From assembly GCA_051362555.1 (NCBI GenBank), contig CM120643.1:25858848-25922847 (forward strand): a DNA stretch of 64,000 bases, in the 5' to 3' direction. Positions 25,890-37,462 of this stretch are shown piece after piece (the stretch's first letter is position 1; each line of letters begins with the position of its first letter). The position numbers and the translations under genes are program-made. The notes under the pieces are model-generated. The model worked only from the letters and a program-made list of their open reading frames with translations. It made no database searches and was not told the DNA's origin. The stretch comes from Lingula anatina (lineage: Eukaryota > Animalia > Brachiopoda).

Positions 25890-27144
25890 CACTCAGGTGG
25901 TTAAATACAATCACGCATCCATCTAAGCAACTCTACTGCTGTGTGCACATCAACGGGAAGGAGAGAGGAGGATTAGTGGAGGCACCACAATTATCAGGCC
26001 ATGCTGGGGGAAAGAAAGAAAATTCCTAAAATTGTGGAAATCTAGTGGTAGATTAAGTGCTTTTTTATTATTTTGTTTCAATTGTTTTAAAAATACTTTT
26101 TTGTTTTTCATATGATTTAACTACAGGTGGCATATATAAATCTAATTATTTGAGCATTTTTAGAAAAAGACACAAGCAAGCATTTAGACATTGTTGCCAC
26201 TAGTCTTGCAGTTGCACCAAAATACTACTAGTTTCATCAAAATTTTTTAAATGAAAGTGACATATCATTACTGTGTTATCAAAATTTCATTCTTTAATTG
26301 AATGACTTCTACATCAAACAGATAGAAAATTCAACGTACACAGAAAAAAAAAGTAGTTTTACAGCCTATTAGTAAACTATTCATGCAACACATGAGAAAG
26401 CAAAGCTGTGAACTCAAATACTGTATAGTCTGTATACTAGTACATATTGGGTCCTGGATAAAACAATATGGAGTGTTATTTCATTTGATACCAAATGTAA
26501 CACGCTGTACATTATATGGCGTAAGGCTGTTTTCATGGTACTTTTGCAGTATTTTCCCCATCCTATAACTCTCTGAGTTCTAATATTCAAAACAATGTGG
26601 TGACTTTGATCAATGTCTCTGCTATTCAAATAAATTAGTTTGAAAATATAACTAATTTCTATGTTTTCTCAACTTCTTTGACAAATAAGACTACAGCAAA
26701 TTTTCACCCATGCAAAGGCCTTGGCCATTTGAAAGAGCATGAAGCTTTTCTGAAAAAAAAAAAAATGAAAAATTGTTCAATGAATTGCAAAACTTATTTG
26801 ACTAGCTAAGGCAAAGCCCAAAGTCACCACATGACATAATTTAGAAAATAATTTGAAAATCAAAGACTTATGGGGGTGTTGGGGTACTGCAAAAGTGTTT
26901 CTTTAAAATTCTACTTTTGATAACTGACAGTCATATGGGTTAGGTTCACCAGTGATTTAGTCCTGCAGTAGCCCTAGAATCGCTGGTGCATTGGTGCCAT
27001 AGCGGAGGACTGAGTAAAACAGATCACAACACAAGCAATTTCAAGCTGGCACTACACAAACATACAAAAATTGAATCGAAACCCACCCAAAAGATTTGAT
27101 ATCATTTGGTTCACAGATGTAAAGTGAAACAAACATGAAATTAC

Positions 27145-27170
27145 CCGACGTCGTAGGAATCTGTAACCAT
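27145..27170 (-). CDS. ATP9B: Candidate alternative first coding exon of ATP9 (MVTDSYDVG)
   Basis: ATGGTTACAGATTCCTACGACGTCGG|gtaatt is a phase-2 donor, compatible with the phase-2 acceptor at 23066. It lies next to the promoter motifs. Confidence 0.5.
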
Positions 27171-27209
27171 ATTCAGGTTCTCTTTTCTATAAATAAAGCC
27201 CTACTTACT

Positions 27210-27529
27210 TCAGTTTTAAAAATGTCTTGTTCAAACTCTGGCTGATATATAACTACACAGTAAGACTAAGCTATTGCGGCAACACTTCAATTGTTATACA
27301 CAGGTGACATAAAAATGTGAGTCAGCCGGAAGTCCTCAGCCAGAATCAAAGGCCGCTTACAGCATTTAGTTCATTTTATTAAAGCATATGGGGCAGGTTG
27401 CTATGCATTCTGGGATTGGAGTAGTGTACACAAGGTCTTGGAGACAGGTGATTATTGTGTACACACCACTGTAACTAATTCAATAGTATCGATTGATTGG
27501 GGGTAAATGGGCTGGATACGCTACTAAAG
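27210..27529. promoter_or_regulatory. Bidirectional promoter shared by ATP9 (-) and the CAP-Gly gene (+)
   Basis: Divergent first-exon donors at 27208 (-) and 27551 (+). ETS/GABP site CCGGAAGT at 27326-27333. ZNF143/SBS-like GCATTCTGGGATTGGAGT at 27405-27422 (reverse complement ACTCCAATCCCAGAATGC). Confidence 0.65.
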
Positions 27530-30500
27530 ATGAACGCTACTAAAGATAAGGTAGGTGTTAGTTACTTGATGACTTTTATTGCCTTAAATTATTGTTTATT
27601 TATATTTGAGAGTGTTTTACAAATGGAATGTTCCTGATATTGATATTTTGGTACTCCAGTACTCAGTATATTATTGATGTACGTCTTGTCAAATTGGTTT
27701 AGAATGGTGTTATTCCGACATGTCATTACTTCAAAGAGCTATGCCCCCAATGTCTGTTACTCCGAACTCTTGCCAGTCATAAAACAATCTTTCGAAATGA
27801 ACCAGTGTCGAATTAAGCTTCATTTCTACCCTGTAACAGTACATGTACTGGTATATGAAAATCTATTAGTATTACAATAACATGTATCATGTACAGTACA
27901 CACTGTAAATCTAAGACCTCCATACGCCAGTGTCTGTATTAGTACACTGGAGTGACCAAATTTCAGTATTGCCGTGGTAAAGTGATGAACATTTGGAGTT
28001 ATGATCAATGCCAAACAAGCAATTTAAATTGAAAATAAATAAATTAATAAAAAATAAAAAAATAATGCTTTTAGGATATTTCACTTAGATCCAAGTTTAG
28101 TTTACCAAGACCAGGAGATGTAAGCAAAGTTATGGTACAATGTAGTTCTTCATCAACTGGTTTATAATAAAACTATGAATAAGATAAATATGTATAATAA
28201 ATTGTATCAGCCAGTTTAAAAGAAATATGTTACATAGGAATCTTTTTTTCTTTGTATAACCATCAGAATATGTTGATTTAGCAAGTCTTTTTAAATGAAT
28301 CAGAGTAGGAAGTTACATGCATGTACATGTTATTAGAGATGATTTGCATCTTAAAACCTATGGTCCCTGCAAACATTTCAAATAATCTAAAAGGGCAAGT
28401 TTTAAACATAAAATTGCATTTTTTCATCAATATTTGATTTTATTTTATACCCCTGTAAATGCAGTTTTTTAGTTAACATTTGCTTCATCTTCCAGTTTGA
28501 AGTTGACCCCTTTCTGTGCACGTGTGGCCCCTGTAAGCGCTTCTGGAAGGACAACTTTGATAAAAATGGGGCCATATTGCTGCAGCAGCCAGTGCCCTGC
28601 AGAGCTACAGATACGTCAACATTGTACAAACAATATCATGAAAATAACTTATTCAATATAGGAGACAGGGTTATTGTATGGGGGAAATATAGAGGTAGGT
28701 ATTTAATTGTCCTATTGTTTATTTTCAATATCCAGTTGGTCGGGGAGTGTTTGAAAGTATGTGCCTTTCGCTGTAGAGATCTATTCATTGATGGTGGTGT
28801 CTCATATTTCCCAAAATAAGCTTTAATGTTGGGGTTATTTTTATTTTCATGACTGGCTAGCTCAGGATGTTTATGCTTGATTTACATGTTTATACATGGC
28901 AAATGTTATATTTAGTTTTGCTAGTTGGTAAGCATATTTACTAGTACTTGCAGATTTTTTTTTTTTTTTTTTTTTTTTTTGAAAATTGTGGACATGATTT
29001 ATTGTTTTGAAAATATTCTGGATTATCTCTTCTGCAGTTAAACTGACTGACTGGAGTGGGGTTGGGTTGTGGGAGTGGGGTTAAGTTCTGAATGTCATCA
29101 CTATGTTTATCATGAAGGTACATTGACAGTGTTAATATTGTTGCTGCCTTCAACTTTAAATTCATAGGTCTTATCATTCAAAATGTTGATGAAATACAGT
29201 GAGAGTAATAACATGCCTCACATTATTTCTGTACAAATGATTTTTTGGAGTCATAGCCACTTATCAGACAAAAATTATTTATTCCAGGTGTAGTAAAATT
29301 TATCGGTCTTCTTGATGTAAATGCCATAGCTCCAGAGACGTATGTAGGGGTGCATTTAGATGACCACAGTAAGTGTCATTTCTATTCAAAGAAATGTTTT
29401 AATTTAAGAAACAGTAATTTTCCATATGTGACATTTTTTTTATAACTCCCCTTATCATTGTGATGCTTGAATGGAAAATGATGCCTTGACCACCATTTCT
29501 TTTCACTACAAGTGTATTAGAAAAATCAGGTATTACAGGGGTAGTTTATTAATTTTTCATTAATTAAACTTAATAAACTTACATCTTAATAGTGTAAAAA
29601 TAAATAAACTTAACTTTATCAATTATTTCCAGTTGGCTCAGTTCACAATGGGGTATATGATGGCAAGCGGTATTTCCACTGCCCGCGGGGACATGGTGCC
29701 TTTGTTCCCTATGGTGACTGCCGCCCTATCCAGGGCCCCGAGCCACGCCCCCCTGTCACTGGCAATGACATGTTTCCAAGCTATGAAGAGGTTAAAAAAA
29801 GTAGGAAGTTAAAAAAAGAAAGGTGAGTTGTTAAATGTTCTCCAAACTATGAAGAGGTTAAAAAAGTAGGAAGTTAAAAAAAAAGTCAGTTGTTTATTGC
29901 TTTCCAAGCTTTGGAGAAACTGGAAGAGTTATACAGTGTTTAAATGAGAAATATATGTTCATTGATGAAGACAAGGTGGCCATTAGATGAGTAGAAGTAA
30001 GAAGATCTGTATTTCTCTTTATTTCATTCAGTTTTTATATGGTTGAATAGTTTCTTGCTTCAGAGATGTTTGATATTTGGTACTGATTTTACTATATATA
30101 TATATTGTTAATTTTTTGTATATTAAACTCAACATGAATATTATATTTGTCAGTGATGATCACTGACATGCAGTAACAACAAAAAGATTTCCTTATATCT
30201 TACTTTCACTTTGAAGTCAAATCTTCAGAATAATAAAGAAACTATAATAGAACTGTATTGCTCCTATGTGGTAATTAAACATTCATTTTTAAATTAAAAT
30301 ATTCAGAGAATTAGAAGCAGAACGGATCAAAGCAGAGGAATCCTCACGGTATGGTGTAACAGACCCTAAATTACTTGCCAGAAGACGAGCTGCTAAACGG
30401 ATCATATTTGATCCTAATGACATCACAGTCAGGGTAGGTATACTGGAGTACACCTATTATTATTATTATAGAAAAAAACTGCATATTTCATACACTGCAT

Positions 30501-32767
30501 GACAATATTGTAAGACAACATAAGTTATTTTCTGTGCCAAAATTACAGAACCTTTTCATATTACAATTACAGTCTGTGACATTTAAATTGGTCCCTGCCA
30601 AATGCCATTCAAAACAAAGCAGGATCAATTAAATTTTGTAAATTGTCTCTTCGGGCCCAGTAGATTCCTAGGCTGGTGGCTGGAAGGGCCTGATGAGCCT
30701 AAAAGTTTTCGGCATGGACTTATTGTATACTCTTTATCTTCAAAACTTTAGGCCTGGCAGGCCATGAATATTTACTTTACAGCTGCAAGGTCATATTTTG
30801 GCACAGATATAACATATTTATATATTTTAATTGTTAATTTTGTGGACAGTTTTTGCACACAGTTTAATATATACTAACTGCATGGTTATTCACCAGGAGC
30901 ACCTTATTAGCATGAATAGAGGCACAAGTTAGAGTTACATATTTATTAATTAATAATTACTTACTATATATATATAGCATCACAAACATCATTATTGGAT
31001 CTAATTCATAACCATGTTTTTATTAAATATTAACATTTTGCATTTTTAAATCCAGTCGGCTGCTTTGGTAAGACACAATACTTTGCCAATACGTTTGTAA
31101 GACTTTTCAATTGCTTGACCTTTTTCCCATATCTTTATCTGTATCAGTTAGCCATAGGCCCAGCAAATACTAGTACTCCACTGTGCACTAGTGCCCATGG
31201 TTTAATCAAGTTAATATAGTACAATACTTTTAGAATTGCATTAGTCTTTTTTCTTATCCTTTAATGCGAGAGTGATTATTCTAAAAATCAGTTTTAGTTT
31301 TGCATTATACCATAATTGTTGACTTCATTTTGGAATTGCACTGCTTTTAGTAATTTACAAGCATTGCAATGAATGTGGAAATATCTGGAAGAAAAGAGAA
31401 TGTCACAATCACCCTGTGTTCAGTGAAAACCATCTTACATGTATGCCCAAAATTACAAAAATGGTTAGACTGCCCGCTTGGTTTACCTTTTCTTTCTTGT
31501 GCTGATCACATCTTACCAGAAGGTAAAATTGTATTGTACTAGTAGTTCTTGTTTTTCTCTTTGTGTTTGTTGTTGTTGATGTTGCTGCTGTTTTGGTTCT
31601 TTTGTCTTCATGATTATGATCTTGTAGGTTGCAAAAGCACAGCATCTTTGCTATGTCTGGTGTAGTCAGGGCTGAATCTAGGATTAAGCAGACTAAGCAC
31701 ATGCTATGGACACCCTAGCTATGGGGGCACTAAGGCCCCATAGTACAGTTGTGTATATAAAATGGGGTAAAAAGGGTGAACAATAATTAAAAAAAAAAGA
31801 TATTTGGAGCTGGGAGTGCTTAGCTATTGCACCCAGAGACCTAAATTTGGCCCTGAGTGCTATGAGAATAGGGTTCACAGTTTTTCATACATGTTATATC
31901 ATTCTTATATGTAAGGTATGTAGTTTAAGGAGGTTGGACACCAAAGAACAAGGTACATTGAGTATATTCATAATTCTTGTATTTTGTCTCTTTTAAACAC
32001 AGTGTTTTAAAATGATACGTTCACTGAGTAACTTTTATTATCTTGGCTTTTTTTTTTTTTTTTTTTGGGGGGGGGGGTACAAAAAGTGCCTATTAAATAT
32101 AGCACAGATGCTGACTTATCAGACTTACCCAATACATATACAGTGTATGCCCAAATTTGGTGAACATTTTGATGCACCTTTAAATATTATTTTGAGTGTA
32201 CTGTGTGTAACAGAGGCAAAATGTCAAAATTATCAATATACTCAATGTACTTCTGTCTTGGGAGTTCAACCCCATTGTAGTTAAACACCATTCTTTTAAT
32301 GCTCCATACATGTATGTTGAGTGATATCAAGAACACTGTCATTGCACCTTACAAGTTCAAAAACTAATTTTATTTAACCTGTACTGGTATATAAAAAGAA
32401 AATCTTAAAAGAAAAAAAATATCATAAAAGAGCTGTAACTGAGAGCAATATTTTTCCGTTCTAATAGTATTATGTTCTTATTCTATCTTAGGATGCAAAA
32501 AGACGAGAGGCTGCAGAAACAAGGAGAAGACAAATCCTGGCTGCGCAGCCTCGCCTCACAGCTAATGAAAAGAAACTTTTAAAATGGAAGGAGGAATTTG
32601 GGGGCGACACGCGTGCAGAGTACATGGTCAAAACTTTAGAGAAACTCATGAATGCTCACGAGGACGGAAAACAGGCCTTGGAGGATGAAAGGATCGCCAG
32701 AGAGAGGGCAGAAATGGGCTACAGTGACGATGAATCGGATTACGATGATGCATCCACACAGGTTTGA
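27530..32767 (+). CDS. Uncharacterised single CAP-Gly domain protein, 6 exons, 297 aa
   Basis: Exons 27530-27550, 28496-28694, 29288-29368, 29633-29822, 30307-30433 and 32492-32767 (894 nt, one frame). FNIGDRVIVWGKYRGVVKFIG...YVGVHLDDHIGSVHNGVYDGKRYFHCPRGHGAFV is a CAP-Gly fold signature. It is followed by a charged helical region and an acidic tail. The first exon is less certain. Confidence 0.85.
30531..30807. mobile_element. Degenerate MITE in the CAP-Gly gene intron
   Basis: 13-bp inverted repeat TCTGTGCCAAAAT / ATTTTGGCACAGA flanks a GC-richer interior with repeated GGGCC motifs. Confidence 0.55.
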
Positions 32768-35700
32768 TGCATGTGATGGAGGGGAGCTGGCCCAGACATT
32801 GACTGCAGAAACACACTTTAAAATGGGAAAAAAAACTAAACAGAAAAGAAATACATGATCTTCTCTTTGTGGTTTAACCATTGATATGAAAACAGTAACT
32901 GCACTCATTCCAGCATGTTACACTGGTGCCACTAGCTGTAGTAAAATAAGTTTGAAACATGCTGAAACTTAATCATAAATGAAAATTATTAAACACAAGC
33001 TGAAAATCTTTCATACCGTTAGCATTTATGCTGAAATTTGTTTCAAATGTAACAGTTATAACATCCATACTGTTTAATTTTTGATTTTTGGAGCTATTAG
33101 TGTAAAACAAAAGCCATGCCAGCAATAACCTCAAAGAATACATAAGCAGGTGCCATTGATAAAATTGATTTATCAACAGATTTTATGGAAAAATTTCAAG
33201 TACATACATGTGACAGTTTGGGATGGCTGTGTGAGCTCCTACCATGACATATACTTGTCCTTGTGAAAAAAGCAGTCATGATTGTTTTTGTTTAAATATC
33301 AGTCACAATTATGAGAAAATACAGAAAATTGGTTTAAAACAGAGTGCATGGGAAGTACGCATGCCAGATAAAATTCACAAGGAATTGCACCCTTTTTAGT
33401 TTTCATGTTTATGCATTAATTGGACCATATGCTTTCCTTTTTACAGTATTCAAGAAATACCATTTTTTAAAAAATCATGCCATGAGATAGGGTTTTAATG
33501 TTTGAATCTCATTATTATAAAGCAGTATTAAATTCTAAAATATTTTTTCTGATATCATAGATAGAAAGGAAAGAGAGGAGACCCCTTCCATTTGTATGTC
33601 ACCATCTTTACTATGAAATAGATCACTTTTATATATTAAATCAAGGTGATGTTTAACATTTTTTAGCCAGAAAAAATAACAGAGTTGATGTTTTTTAGCA
33701 AGTTATACTTATTGAATCCAATGTTCTTCATACAGAAAATTTTTATCATCAAAGTTTTTCTATTTTAAGTATTTATAGATTTGCTCTGAAATGTTACCGA
33801 ATTGAAGGACTGACTTAAACATCTCGGGGCTGGTTCCTGTCTTTTAGCCTACAGGATACATAAGTTAAGACTTAGCATTCTGGCATGCCAGAATAAATGG
33901 TATTTTTTATGTTCTGTTGTGACATATATAACTTTATATGCTTCGTTCATTCCTGTGTCCCATTGTAGCAATAGTGACCCTCCCCTCACAGTCAAATGAT
34001 GGTCACAAAATACATTTTAGGAATCATTTTTAATTCATATTTTCATGTGTGAAAGCAAAAAGTACATCACTTTTGAACATTGAAAATGCATTTTGTAAGA
34101 AAAGTTGATGTGTTAGGATAAAATTGGCAAATGAAACCAGCATGCATGAGACACTTTCATTTTTCTTTTCAAGGAGTGTTTTCACCATACATTGTGAATG
34201 AATACATACATTGTAATAAATCACCCTATGTCTGAAGAAAATTCAATAAATTGTACTATTGTTATTAAAAATGTGCTGATTATTATCATTATTTATTTAT
34301 TTATTTTATTATTATTATTATTTATTATTATTTTTTTTTTTTGCGCCTCCCCAATCCCCATCCCATATCCTTCTCGTGATAGGGTTGTGGATTTTTGAGT
34401 TGTAGCTTGTTTTGACTGTGTAATCTAATGCTAAAGTGCAAATTTTTATCAAATTATCATTAAATATTTTATTAAATCTTCGTCATTTACATCGTGTCTT
34501 GTTAGGCTACATCGTGGGCTCCCAAGGGCTCGCATTCTTGGCTCTGACGTCTCTGCTACTGCATTCAAAGATATCTCAACTACTGCATTCACTGACCTGT
34601 GCGCGACCACGATAACAAACCAACTTACCGAACCAGTCTAGACTGCTCATTTCGTTTTAATTACATATCTTATCGCTTATTTATTCATTTTACATGTCAC
34701 CTGAAAATTAAAATAGATACATAGTAAACATGATTTTTAGGGAAGGTCCTTACATCTAACCGAAAACAAAGCTTTAAAAAGTTTTTAAAAAATTGGGCTA
34801 CGGCGCAGGGTTGCCAGCCGTAAAAACTACTGAATATCTAATACTACTAAAATCATATATGCGTTCAAAAGTTTATAATCACTATTAACCTTACCAATAA
34901 GTGTCCATATTGTCTAGATAAATCGAAAAAAGGAGGGGGGGGGGAGGTTAAACGCAACATGAGCTAAGACCGTGACACGGGATTTCTTTGCTAAACATTC
35001 CACGGCCGTGAACTCTCCCACCTAGCAAAAATTTGCGTACCGTTTATGCTGTACAAGTCAATATAAGTGTTTGCCAAGATGTAACATCTCTAACACCCTA
35101 ACACCTGTTATCTGTGATGGCTGTGTTTAACATCTGCATTTTTACTCAGATAGCTAGGAGAAATATAACAATTTTCTGTAGGTTACTTTTAAAGAAGCTT
35201 TTCATCGAAACTATGGTAAATTTAACTTTCAATTTATGTTTTGCTTTGCTCTGTGCATTGCGCAACGCATATATTTTCTTTAGGATTAGTACATACAAGT
35301 AGGTAGCATTCGCATGTAAACCTGTTTAAATATTCAAATAAATAATGTTAGTTTTAAGTTCTAGCCTATTAATTTTTACAGCCTGATTCAGGGTTGTACG
35401 CCTACAATTGCTCCAGACAATATAGAACTGGGTGATAAAATAAAGGCTTACAGAGATTTTTTTAAAGCAAGAAATTACTTAGAAAATTGTCAACAGAGAA
35501 AACGTTTAGCTATGAAATAGCATTTTCAAACTTTCAGCTCAAACCAGTATAATTATTTTGACAATTAAGTAGGCCTACAAGAATTCTCTTGTTACAACAG
35601 TTGTATCGCGCACGAGAACTGTCTGACTTTTCACTTTCAGGGCGGCTAATCCACACATCAATCAAAAAGATACCCTACCATATATCTCTTTATCCATCTA

Positions 35701-35978
35701 TCATAATTATATTCTCATATTTGTCTGAATATGAAGAGCACAGGTCTGGGTTTTGCATTATCTTAGAAATATCACTAACAAATAAAGACAGACAACGGTT
35801 CCTCGCTTGTTGGAATTGTTCTTATAGATAAATGAATTATCAAACTTCTCCCTTGTATCAAAATAATGAGAAAAGCGGGCAGTAAGGCTCAGTCATGGGC
35901 AAGTTTATTTATACATCTGTGTATAAACAAACAGAAAACAAGCTACGAGACCGTGTACTCCGAAATGCTCCGATCCTT

Positions 35979-36005
35979 TGACGTCACGCTGGTTGCCATG
36001 GTGAC
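35979..36005 (+). promoter_or_regulatory. CRE plus RFX X-box promoter module, followed by a candidate non-coding first exon (donor 36051)
   Basis: TGACGTCA at 35979-35986; GTTGCCATGGTGAC at 35992-36005 (X-box consensus GTTGCCATGGCAAC); TGG|GTAAGC at 36050/36051; CpG-rich surroundings. Confidence 0.6.
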
Positions 36006-37420
36006 GCTACGTAGGCCGCAGCGGCAGCATACATCTAGGTTGTGGGCTGGGTAAGCGAGGTAAAGATAGCTGGAGAGGAACCAGCATGCATACCTCGCGC
36101 TGGGGATCAGCTCCATTTTAGGCAGGGCTCGTGAAACCTAGCTAATGGGCAGGTAGGAGAGATGAGCGAGAGGGGAGACAGGATGAAACTTTTGACAAAA
36201 TAAATCCCACAACTTGCTTTCCTTTCGTTTGTTTTTATGTTATCTGAAACCACGATATCTGTGTTTTATTTTTTCCAAGTGTAACCTATTTTTACGCCCG
36301 TTTTGGGTTGTGTTGTACCGTTTTTGTTGGTTTGAGAACACAGCTAGCTGACTCCCCCTTTCAACTGCTTGGTTTCCCGCCTGTACCTCAAAAGGCTTGG
36401 TGTTTGGTTTGCCGGCTGCTGATAACTGGGTCCTTCCTCCGTTTCCTTACCGTCCATGCTGGAGTAGTGGGGAGCAGCTTCAAACAGCTACAGGGTACGT
36501 ACATCTTGTCAGCAACACTGGAACCGCCAGTATTTTTGACAATAACGACAGTGATACTAACAGTTCCAGACGCAGCTGTGACAATCAGTTCAGCCGCCAC
36601 GGGGGGAGATGTATTACAAAGAGGCACAGGGACAGATGTAGAGTTTTTATTTATATCACCGGGGAGGCCTTAGTGGTTATGATATATAGTGGCATTTTCA
36701 TTTTAAACGTACTTGGGTTGTATTTCTATTTTACACTGAGTATCTGAGACGAGTTAATTAGGTGGGGGATAATTAAGTTACCCACAGGGAAGTCATATAG
36801 AACTAGCTGACTGACTGCCTGCCTTACTGGCGGTGTTTATCTCTCATTGATTCTTAGTCGAGCTCAATTTTATACACTCAGGATGAAACTTGAGATCATT
36901 TTATTTCTGGAATCACTTGTGTACTTGTGTTTTGCTTTCTTTAGGTCTCTTGCCTCGAGCGATGTTTTTTCTTAGACATGCTTTTCTTCCGAGTAAGCGT
37001 TTAAATTGTGATTTCTTTCTTTTTTTTACTTTTTTTTAGATTTGTTTTTGTGTTATTAATAAAAGAGCGTAAAATTGTGAAGTCACAATATGCATACACC
37101 AGAAAGGATCTTGGTAGATAAAGACGTAAATAGACTTGATAATTCTGTTATGCTTTATATCTATCTTACTGCATTTGATCTAAGAGACAAAATCTAGGTA
37201 ATCTGCACAGACACACACTTCCGTGTAAAGAGCCAAAAGAGTATACAGGTTAGGAGCCCAAGGTGAGTGCGGTAATTTACAGTTAGCACACCTTAGACAG
37301 CTATTTATTTGATTTAAGAGCCAAGCTACTACCGAGAAGAGCGCACACATTTTTTTCTCATGATGTCATTGGTGGTTTTTCTCGAGTTTCTGCATTTGGG
37401 TGTGATGTTGTTCTATTGAA

Positions 37421-37462
<42 letters not shown>

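Noticed and set aside
31360-31395. CNECGNIWK, resembling the TFIIS zinc-ribbon end
   Set aside because: The upstream QTRSADEP motif and first Cys pair are absent and the phase does not fit the host gene, so this is probably chance.
34629-34700. Minus-strand exon-like segment ending MSSLDWF|gtaagt
   Set aside because: The phase-1 donor does not fit the ATP9 acceptors and I found no partner exon.
36308-36747. Three overlapping ORFs of 79-121 aa
   Set aside because: No recognisable motif or convincing splice frame links them to a gene. This is likely promoter or intron sequence with higher GC.
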